Shown: one piece after another, positions 38,790-45,672 of the stretch | Position numbering within the stretch: position 1 is the first letter of the stretch | How the letters are laid out: each line of letters begins with the position of its first letter | Origin: a virus | Virus record (IMG/VR): IMGVR_UViG_3300025137_000027 | Coordinates: 12,869 to 76,868 of that record | Reading direction: 5' to 3' (one strand) | Length of the DNA stretch: 64,000 nucleotides | Notes under the pieces: model-generated | Database searches by the model: none | Seen by the model: the letters and a program-made list of their open reading frames with translations, nothing else | Told to the model about the DNA's origin: nothing | Position numbers and translations under genes: made by a program

Positions 38790-38925
38790 CCTACCGAGCG
38801 TTCCAACATCCCCTGCCTGCAAGCAAAGAGGAGCGTAATAAGCCTTTCAAACGGTTATTCCCTGATGTAAATGTCTTACAAGTGTCGGGGACTTGCTGCT
38901 ATGTAACAGTCCGAAGACAAGACAA

Positions 38926-38950
38926 AGCTGAGGGGTAGTCATATTGGGGG
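38926..38950 (-). promoter_or_regulatory. Candidate phage-specific promoter, copy 1 of a 25-nt repeat
   Basis: AGCTGAGGGGTAGTCATATTGGGGG, 21/25 identical to 41523-41547. Confidence 0.5.
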
Positions 38951-38951
38951 A

Positions 38952-38986
38952 GAAAAGCAAGAGGGCCAGCATCTCTGCTAGCCCTC
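38952..38986 (-). terminator. Rho-independent terminator with GAGA tetraloop
   Basis: Minus strand GAGGGCTAGCA-GAGA-TGCTGGCCCTC-TTGCTTTTC. Confidence 0.6.
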
Positions 38987-39133
38987 CGTCCTTTTACTAA
39001 TCCACCCTGTGGAACTACATTGGGTCAAGCTGTAGTAGGCTCGTAGACATAAACTACTTCTATAGGATAGGAACATGTAGTTACCCACCCTGTCTGCTGT
39101 GTGGTGCTATAATTAACCCTTAATACTGGCACG
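38952..39133 (-). ncRNA. Candidate ~180-nt small RNA with a four-way-junction (cloverleaf-like) core
   Basis: Bounded by a consensus promoter and a terminator; 8-bp stem 39013-39020/39075-39082 encloses three small hairpins; no convincing ORF. Confidence 0.45.
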
Positions 39134-39136
39134 AGC

Positions 39137-39168
39137 CAAATATACAAGAGTTGCATATAACTACCAAA
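39137..39168 (-). promoter_or_regulatory. Bacteroidota sigma70-type promoter (-33 TTTG / -7 TAnnTTTG)
   Basis: Minus strand TTTG (39168-39165), 20-nt spacer, TATATTTG (39144-39137): full consensus match. Confidence 0.75.
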
Positions 39169-39188
39169 CAACATATAGAAACTTTATA

Positions 39189-39437
39189 TTAGCTGTGCAT
39201 ATTGGTGACAGCAGTGTCCCAATTCATACCTCTTTTAAATATCTCAACTGGTTCAGTTAAGGTGTAAGAGCGTTCATCCATGCGATTGGCATTGGCATAA
39301 GACTTAGCTTCTGCTTCAGCTGCCCAGGGTGTATGGCTATAGAATGGTAGTCGTGAACCCTTATCTGTTTCGATAAGAACACACTTCCAAGTAGCCTTGC
39401 TAGACCACTTGCCGGATGTTTTAGCATTGGCTCCCAT
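39189..39437 (-). CDS. Hypothetical early protein
   Basis: 82-aa ORF, TAATG coupling. Confidence 0.6.
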   Translation of the reverse strand: MGANAKTSGKWSSKATWKCVLIETDKGSRLPFYSHTPWAAEAEAKSYANANRMDERSYTLTEPVEIFKRGMNWDTAVTNMHS

Positions 39438-39706
39438 TACTTCCCCATCTTTTGTTCGTACAGACGATCAGCTGCATCCTCAAAAGCTTCTGCTTTATTC
39501 GTGATGACAAGATCAGAGTCTTCAAGATGGGTACTGATACCCTCTCTGACACCACCTAAAGGTTCTAGCTTGTGCCTGATAAGAGCAACTGTATCAAGTT
39601 CGAGTGTCTCTTTATCTGGACACTCGCAGTCATCGTATGTCACGCATACGGTTATGTATACCTCACCACTAAATTGAGGTAAGGTGTAATCTTCGTTAGG
39701 ATTCAT
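39437..39706 (-). CDS. Hypothetical early protein
   Basis: 89-aa acidic ORF. Confidence 0.6.
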   Translation of the reverse strand: MNPNEDYTLPQFSGEVYITVCVTYDDCECPDKETLELDTVALIRHKLEPLGGVREGISTHLEDSDLVITNKAEAFEDAADRLYEQKMGK

Positions 39707-39737
39707 GTTACTTAATTTAAGGTTACTAATTTAAGAT

Positions 39738-39766
39738 AAAGGGACTGGCTTTTACACCAGCCCCTT
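39738..39766 (-). terminator. Probable terminator hairpin
   Basis: Minus strand GGGGCTGG-TGTAAAAG-CCAGTCCC-TTT. Confidence 0.5.
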
Positions 39767-39775
39767 CATCACCCC

Positions 39776-40147
39776 TTATTCATGGTAAGCCTTACCTAGA
39801 ATAGTGCGGTAATAATGACGCTCGGATTCAACTCGAGTACTTCTCCTGACATAGGAAAGAATACTGGAAGAAATAAGAGCGCCATATAAAGAGAACTTAA
39901 TCATAAACCATAGTATAGAGCTATCAGTTTGGATGTCTAGATACATAGAGAGTAACATACATCCAAAGGTTAGCCCATATGCTACGCGTTCGCTGATTTC
40001 TGCATCATCTAATAACTTGCAGAGCTTGAGTACTTGTACTCTGTGGTCGTCTGCCTGTTTGGGAGTCATGCCATCGAGTGGGTCAGGCAGCTGACTCCAG
40101 TTTAGTTTATTCAATGGGATGCTACGCTTATTGATTGACTTACTCAT
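39776..40147 (-). CDS. Hypothetical membrane protein (two TM helices)
   Basis: Hydrophobic VAYGLTFGCMLLSMYL and SILWFMIKFSLYGALISSSIL; probable start MSKSINK at an ATGA overlap. Confidence 0.6.
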   Translation of the reverse strand: MSKSINKRSIPLNKLNWSQLPDPLDGMTPKQADDHRVQVLKLCKLLDDAEISERVAYGLTFGCMLLSMYLDIQTDSSILWFMIKFSLYGALISSSILSYVRRSTRVESERHYYRTILGKAYHE

Positions 40148-40296
40148 GGTGCAGGTGTTTGATATGCAGGACAAGAATTGTAGGATCGGGAACTACCACT
40201 AACATGAGAGGTAGAAGAACAAGAGGTTAAGAATGCCACAGTAAAGAGTACTGCAAGACATATCCAAAGAAGTCTAGTTTTATGAAGGGTATTCAT
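40144..40296 (-). CDS. Small lipoprotein (50 aa), not in the ORF track
   Basis: Manual translation MNTLHKTRLLWICLAVLFTVAFLTSCSSTSHVSGSSRSYNSCPAYQTPAP*; lipobox LTSC. Confidence 0.65.
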   Translation of the reverse strand: MNTLHKTRLLWICLAVLFTVAFLTSCSSTSHVSGSSRSYNSCPAYQTPAP

Positions 40297-40314
40297 GGCT
40301 TATAGAATAAAGGG

Positions 40315-40629
40315 TTAAAAGATAGGACAGTCTGCAACAGATATAGGCTGTGAATTAGGCTGAGGTTTCCATGCCTTGTAGTCATTGATGAGCTTATAGA
40401 CACATGCTTTATGAATTACATAAGCATCCATGTTCTCGATAGTATCGCACCTGGTCATGCCTTCTTTAATATCTGAAAGCATCTTGATGCGCGTTACAAG
40501 TCGTTGGCGTTCTACTTGTGAGCTAGTAAGGTTAGCTGAGAAGTCAGCTTCTCTCATGAACGTTTCACGTTCTTCGAGCTGCACACTGTAGTCATTGATA
40601 AGGTCTTGGGTGTAATTAGGAGTCCACAT
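40315..40629 (-). CDS. Hypothetical early protein
   Basis: 104-aa ORF. Confidence 0.6.
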   Translation of the reverse strand: MWTPNYTQDLINDYSVQLEERETFMREADFSANLTSSQVERQRLVTRIKMLSDIKEGMTRCDTIENMDAYVIHKACVYKLINDYKAWKPQPNSQPISVADCPIF

Positions 40630-40698
40630 GTTACTAGGTTTAAAAGGTTACTAAGAATCGGATTTGTCTCTACCACGTATAGAGAGAGACATAAATAC

Positions 40699-40980
40699 TT
40701 ACCACTCTGTAGTAGAGCAGTAAGCACTAAACAATGGTAGTATAGGTGAAGGTGTCTCATCTAGATAGAAGGTGTCTCTAACTGCTGAGCATTCGTTCTC
40801 TACAACTATCCAGTTAACAGTACATGAGTAGTAGAAGCCATAGATCTTCCCACATACACATTCGTCTGTTACGTTAGTAAGAGGTATGGTAGGTTCAATG
40901 ACTTCTTTAGTGCATGCAGTTAAGGATGCTGTTAGGATGATAAGGATACAAATAAGACTATGATGAATGGAGTTATTCAT
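40699..40980 (-). CDS. Cys-rich lipoprotein
   Basis: Signal peptide II with lipobox LTAC followed by TKE; CVCG and further Cys residues. Confidence 0.65.
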   Translation of the reverse strand: MNNSIHHSLICILIILTASLTACTKEVIEPTIPLTNVTDECVCGKIYGFYYSCTVNWIVVENECSAVRDTFYLDETPSPILPLFSAYCSTTEW

Positions 40981-41134
40981 AGTGCAAGGATTAGAAGGTT
41001 ATAGCGATAAAGACTATAGTCTGTAGTACAGATGATGTAGCAAGGCCTAAACAAAGGGTAAATAGCTATGCACACGTCCTGGTAGGCACATGCACATAGC
41101 TGTAAGTGTCGTCGTTCTGATGATAGTGTACACT

Positions 41135-41153
41135 AAAGGCACCGAAGTGCCCC
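41135..41153 (-). terminator. Terminator hairpin with UUCG loop
   Basis: Minus strand GGGGCAC-TTCG-GTGCCTTT just after the 41159 stop. Confidence 0.6.
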
Positions 41154-41158
41154 GTACG

Positions 41159-41476
41159 TTAGTCACGTACTATACCATACCACTGCTTACCTTCTTCAGT
41201 AAGCCATGGTTCGTTGGTCTCTCGGTCTGTGTAAGGCACGAGCTTCACACCTTCGAGGGCCACAGCTTCCTTGCTGCAGAACTCTGGGTACGAACCACCG
41301 CCTTCACGGCACTCAACCCAAGTGCTTGTTACTTGCTCGGTTAGCCCGAAGTGGGCAGCCCTAAGAGCATCTACAAACACCAGGTGTGTGCCGTTCAACG
41401 TAGTATCATCGAACGACTGAAGAACCAAGTTACCAGTTTCGGTACGGTTCATAGGGAATAAGGTTAGCTTATCCAT
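41159..41476 (-). CDS. Hypothetical protein, first gene of the leftward early block
   Basis: 105-aa ORF between the repeat motif and a terminator. Confidence 0.6.
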   Translation of the reverse strand: MDKLTLFPMNRTETGNLVLQSFDDTTLNGTHLVFVDALRAAHFGLTEQVTSTWVECREGGGSYPEFCSKEAVALEGVKLVPYTDRETNEPWLTEEGKQWYGIVRD

Positions 41477-41522
41477 GAGTTTGGGGTTTATGTTTGTGTA
41501 GAGCAGGATTACTCTGGCACGG

Positions 41523-41547
41523 AGCCGAAGGGTAGTTGTATTGGGGG
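41523..41547 (-). promoter_or_regulatory. Candidate phage-specific promoter, copy 2 of a 25-nt repeat
   Basis: AGCCGAAGGGTAGTTGTATTGGGGG, upstream of the first leftward gene at the divergence point. Confidence 0.5.
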
Positions 41548-41611
41548 GTGTTAAGTTGGACCGAGCGGGAGGGGAGTAGTAATGGGGGTGGTGCTCATAA
41601 GCATATTTCCG

Positions 41612-41619
41612 TAACTTTG
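41612..41619 (+). promoter_or_regulatory. Bacteroidota -7 promoter element
   Basis: TAACTTTG 4 nt before ATG 41624 at the start of the rightward block. Confidence 0.55.
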
Positions 41620-41623
41620 AGAT

Positions 41624-41806
41624 ATGTCAGAATTTTATCCGGTAAATATTCAGCTGGTAGAACCCTACATTTTTACTTTCTATGAGCAGGGTGGGGGTGA
41701 CTTAGTAGTCATTACAACGACCGGGGGTTTGTATATTACTAGTGACTTAGTGGGGGAGGGTACTGACACAGTCGCATTGGACTTACTCGAACAGAACATT
41801 AATTAA
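41624..41806 (+). CDS. Hypothetical protein
   Basis: 60-aa ORF immediately after the promoter element. Confidence 0.45.
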   Translation: MSEFYPVNIQLVEPYIFTFYEQGGGDLVVITTTGGLYITSDLVGEGTDTVALDLLEQNIN

Positions 41807-41812
41807 ATTATT

Positions 41813-42091
41813 ATGGAAGGCAAGTACTACACAGATAGTAAGACACGTAAGGTTATTGATTCCTTACTTAAGATGAATGCTGCTATACAAGCGAACATTG
41901 GCACTAATAGCGCAGTGGATATTAAGTCGCCGGGGGCTGCAGAACAGTTATGGCATCAGTGGTTAGTTGAGATTAAACAGCTTGATCCGTTGTTTTATAA
42001 GTCTATTTCTACCGCAGAGGAGAAAGAGATGGTGGCTAAGAAAATCTATAGTAAGCGTAGGTTTAGGGAACAGCAAGCTGGTTCTGTATAA
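41813..42091 (+). CDS. Hypothetical protein
   Basis: 92-aa ORF with AT-rich leader. Confidence 0.6.
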   Translation: MEGKYYTDSKTRKVIDSLLKMNAAIQANIGTNSAVDIKSPGAAEQLWHQWLVEIKQLDPLFYKSISTAEEKEMVAKKIYSKRRFREQQAGSV

Positions 42092-42118
42092 TTTTCTTAT
42101 ATTTCGGGCAAATATTAT

Positions 42119-42427
42119 GTGATGGAAATTGTCAAGCCCGGGATAGAGTATCGGCTGCACAACTTCAAGTCAGAAACAGAGTATCAAACAGTACGCTTCA
42201 CCGAGAAGACACCTACTGGATTTGTACCAGGAACGACTAATGAAGAAGTGGTGTCGATGTTTATTGATCGCCTGTATGCACTGCAGGCTAAAAACTTTTC
42301 TGTAGAAAATCAGTGTTGTATTATCTTACTTAAACAAGTTAGAGTGCTTCTAAAGAAGCGTTTAAATCGTAAGATCGACAGAGTAAACAAATACCAAGAG
42401 AATGCAGCTGGAGATCAAGACAAGTAA
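42119..42427 (+). CDS. Hypothetical protein
   Basis: 102-aa ORF with GTTNEEV motif. Confidence 0.6.
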   Translation: MMEIVKPGIEYRLHNFKSETEYQTVRFTEKTPTGFVPGTTNEEVVSMFIDRLYALQAKNFSVENQCCIILLKQVRVLLKKRLNRKIDRVNKYQENAAGDQDK

Positions 42428-42755
42428 AAAAAGTTTTATTCGCCACTACTTAGAACTTTTAAATGGTATCTTGAAGCTGACTCCCCGTGAGCTAGATTCA
42501 CTGCTACTCTTTTTAGAATTCGACCCAGAAGTAGCGTGTAGCATGCAGGCAAGAAAGTTTGTTGCAGAGGCAATGAACTTTAAAAGCGTTAGTGTATTAA
42601 ACAACTACGTAAAGAGCCTTAAGGACAAGAAAGTCATTCACAAGGATGACCACGGGGTGTATCGGTATAATGACATTGTTAAACCGCATGGAAACCTTGA
42701 ATCACTTACCTTCAAATTCGTCGTCACCGAAACCTCTATTTCGCCTAGAATATGA
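42402..42755 (+). CDS. Putative winged-HTH DNA-binding protein
   Basis: LTPRELD...VAEAMNF...VLNNYVKSLKDKKVI pattern. Confidence 0.55.
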   Translation: MQLEIKTSKKSFIRHYLELLNGILKLTPRELDSLLLFLEFDPEVACSMQARKFVAEAMNFKSVSVLNNYVKSLKDKKVIHKDDHGVYRYNDIVKPHGNLESLTFKFVVTETSISPRI

Positions 42756-42756
42756 G

Positions 42757-42897
42757 ATGGATTCGCTTGACGTATTGTTTGCGTTTGAACTGTCTATGGC
42801 TACAGAGCTTGAAGACCAGCAGGTGTTGTACGATACGGCAGTATCTGTTGGGCTGCACACCTACGTTTTAACTTACATAATCTATGCCGCGACCTAA
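42757..42897 (+). CDS. Small hypothetical protein
   Basis: Probable start at ATG 42757 (46 aa), fills the gap between neighbours. Confidence 0.4.
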   Translation: MDSLDVLFAFELSMATELEDQQVLYDTAVSVGLHTYVLTYIIYAAT

Positions 42898-43117
42898 TAA
42901 ACTGATGGAAGAACTTATCCTGGAGATACTTCAGGAAGACGGGGGGACTTATGAGGAGGTGTCGGAAGTAGTTATGAGTCAGTTTACTTTTTTGCGCAAG
43001 CACATGGAGCACGGAGCATTTAGTACAGTGCGCTTACCCTACCTGGGCAAGTTTTATGTTAAACCCGGTCGGCTATACAGATTAAACAATGCGATTATTC
43101 AGGGAAGAAAGTTTTAA
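42884..43117 (+). CDS. IHF/HU-like DNA-binding protein
   Basis: Helical N-terminus then TVRLPYLGKFYVK; IHF-like genes are typical of crAss-like phages. Confidence 0.65.
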   Translation: MPRPNKLMEELILEILQEDGGTYEEVSEVVMSQFTFLRKHMEHGAFSTVRLPYLGKFYVKPGRLYRLNNAIIQGRKF

Positions 43118-43652
43118 AGTAGTAGTAGATACAGAGCTGAAGTTAATCCCAGAGTTTAAGGCTCTAATTACCCGGGACCGCAGTGCCGATAAAAAGCAAG
43201 CGGTTAAAGAGTTGAGTTTTATCTACTTTTTCCACGACCACAAATCGCCTTATTTTATCTACCCTGAAGATGAACGCCGCTTGCGTGTGTGTAAAGATTC
43301 TGGGCTAGGCGAGGCCTTTACTCCTGATGATAAAGTTAAAGCGGCTGTTAAAAAATACCTTGAGTTGTCTAAGACTCCGACTATTCAGTCTCTTACATCT
43401 ATACGCGAGGGTCTGCTTACTAGTAGTAGGCTTATTGATACATTGCGCGAGCGTATTGAGTCTGCTCTTGCTGATCCTTTGTTGGAAGACATTGACCCTG
43501 TTGTGCGATCCGTTACCCGCATGCTCGAGATTTCTGAGAAGCTGCCAAAGGCGATTGAGAATATTACATCGCTAGAAGAGAAGGTAAAGAAAGAGGAGTC
43601 TAATGATGTGCGCATCAAGGGAGGAGGTAAAAAAGGAATGTTTGAAGACTAA
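43089..43652 (+). CDS. Conserved protein upstream of TerL (possible small terminase)
   Basis: 187-aa helical protein TAATG-coupled to TerL. Confidence 0.45.
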   Translation: MRLFREESFKVVVDTELKLIPEFKALITRDRSADKKQAVKELSFIYFFHDHKSPYFIYPEDERRLRVCKDSGLGEAFTPDDKVKAAVKKYLELSKTPTIQSLTSIREGLLTSSRLIDTLRERIESALADPLLEDIDPVVRSVTRMLEISEKLPKAIENITSLEEKVKKEESNDVRIKGGGKKGMFED

Positions 43653-45661
43653 TGTTAGTTAATACAAGAGAATTTAGTAGGAGTGGGCAACACTTCTTAG
43701 AACACGGGTTCTACTGTGCTGACCCGCCAGGCAGTGCTGCGTACTTTGAGTACTGGGCTGAAGAACTGCGTCGGTGCAAGGTGGGCTATCAAGTGGGAGG
43801 GACGGCTATTACCGGGCATCACTACTTCTATCTAAACTACGTACAGATAAAACTGACCGATAAGGGAAATAAAAAGATAGTTTCTTTTCCAAACTTTTGG
43901 GACGGAGACTACGAGTACTTCTGGTTGCAGGACATTGCACGTAATGGAACTACCGTTGAGAAATATCAAAAGCTAGGCCTATCTTCAGTTGTTGCTCCTG
44001 AGCACATGGATGGGAGTCGGCACATGATTGTAGGTAAAGCGCGTCGTAAGGGATTCTCGTACAAAAACGCTGCTTTAGTAACCAATACCTTTAACACCGA
44101 ACGCAATAGCTATACTTTGCTTTGTGCCTTTGACAAAAAATACCTTTACCCTAAAGGCATTATGGCAATGGTTACAGACAACATGAACTTTCTAAATGAA
44201 CACACGGGATGGGCAAAGCGCAGGCAGGTAGTCGATAAACAGAATCACCGCAGGGGCAGCTACTTAGAGTACATGTCGGGACAACAGGTGGAGAAGGGCT
44301 ACAAGTCTGAGGTAGAGGCGATTACATTTAAAGATAACCCAGACGCTGCTCGTGGTAAGGATGCTAGTATCGTTATCTTCGAGGAGTGCGGGGCATTTGA
44401 TAATCTCAAAGCATCTTACCTCGCTACTAAACCAACCGTAGAAGACGGCGGTGTTACAACAGGGCAGATGATTTTGTTTGGCACAGGCGGAGACATGGCA
44501 GGAGGCACGATTGATTTCGAGAGTATGTTCTATAATCCAGAAGCCTACAATCTTTTACCTATTACAAACACTTGGGACGAAGGCACGGACCACTCTAACT
44601 GTGGGTTTTTCTTTCCTTCTTTCATTAACAAGATTGGGCATATGGATTTCTCTGGCAACAGCGATGTAGCTGGGGCAAGACAGTCGGAAGAAGCAAAGAG
44701 AGAGCAAATTAAACGAGATGCTAAAGATGCGGGTGTACTAGATAAGCATATTACAGAGTACCCATTTACGCCTAAGGAAGCATTCTTGCAGCATACAAGT
44801 AATATTTTTCCTACCGCTACCCTTATGGAATGGAGAAACGAACTTATGCGCAGTGGCATGTTTAAATCTCTAGCAGTAGCGGGGCATTTAGTGCAAACCC
44901 AGTCTGGTATAAAACTTAAACCAGACGACCGGTTGCGCCCTGTATTAAAATTTCCTACACAACGCGGGGACGATACAACAGGATGCGTTGTAATGTACCA
45001 GTCTCCGTACAAAGAAAATGGTGAGGTTCCTGGAGATCTGTACATTATCGCGCATGACCCTTATGCGCAGGACGGTAAAGGGCAATCTTTGGGGGCTGCG
45101 TATGTCTTGAAACGTGTAAATCCTTACAGCCAACCCGACGATATGATTGTTGCAAGTTATATAGGCAGACCAGATACGCAGGATGAATACAACAATACCC
45201 TATTTTTGCTGTCAAAGTATTATAATGCTCGTATAGGATTTGAGAATGACCGAGGTGAAATTATTCCTTTTGCTAAACGTCACAAAATGATGCAGCAGCT
45301 TTTACCAGAGGTAGAAATCTTTGATAAAACGGACAATGTGCGCATACGCAAGCTAGGCCGTAGTTACGGCATGAGCATGGGTAGTAAAGAACGTAAAGGG
45401 CAAGCAGAAATCTATCTAAGAGACTGGTTAAAAACTCCTCGGGGTCGCAACGAGTCTGGAGAGATAAAGCTTAATCTACACCAAATATACGATATTGCGT
45501 TGATAGATGAGTTAGTAAAGTACAATCGTCGTGGCAACTTTGACAGAGTTTCCGCGCTGATGGTAGGCATGTTTCATTTAAAGGACCTGCATTCTAGAGA
45601 AGTCCAGGTGGTAGAGCAGTCAAGTAATGACACTTTTTTTGACCGAGACTTCTTTTCATAA
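43652..45661 (+). CDS. terL: Terminase large subunit
   Basis: ITGHHYFYLNY, GKARRKGFSY (Walker A), FEECG (Walker B), FGTGG, HDPY and NFDRVSA nuclease motifs. Confidence 0.95.
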   Translation: MLVNTREFSRSGQHFLEHGFYCADPPGSAAYFEYWAEELRRCKVGYQVGGTAITGHHYFYLNYVQIKLTDKGNKKIVSFPNFWDGDYEYFWLQDIARNGTTVEKYQKLGLSSVVAPEHMDGSRHMIVGKARRKGFSYKNAALVTNTFNTERNSYTLLCAFDKKYLYPKGIMAMVTDNMNFLNEHTGWAKRRQVVDKQNHRRGSYLEYMSGQQVEKGYKSEVEAITFKDNPDAARGKDASIVIFEECGAFDNLKASYLATKPTVEDGGVTTGQMILFGTGGDMAGGTIDFESMFYNPEAYNLLPITNTWDEGTDHSNCGFFFPSFINKIGHMDFSGNSDVAGARQSEEAKREQIKRDAKDAGVLDKHITEYPFTPKEAFLQHTSNIFPTATLMEWRNELMRSGMFKSLAVAGHLVQTQSGIKLKPDDRLRPVLKFPTQRGDDTTGCVVMYQSPYKENGEVPGDLYIIAHDPYAQDGKGQSLGAAYVLKRVNPYSQPDDMIVASYIGRPDTQDEYNNTLFLLSKYYNARIGFENDRGEIIPFAKRHKMMQQLLPEVEIFDKTDNVRIRKLGRSYGMSMGSKERKGQAEIYLRDWLKTPRGRNESGEIKLNLHQIYDIALIDELVKYNRRGNFDRVSALMVGMFHLKDLHSREVQVVEQSSNDTFFDRDFFS

Positions 45662-45672
45662 ATCGATATCTG

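Noticed and set aside
39013-39082. Canonical tRNA gene
   Set aside because: Cloverleaf-like pairing, but no TTCRA T-loop, no proper D-loop GG or CCA end and wrong arm spacing; kept only as an ncRNA candidate
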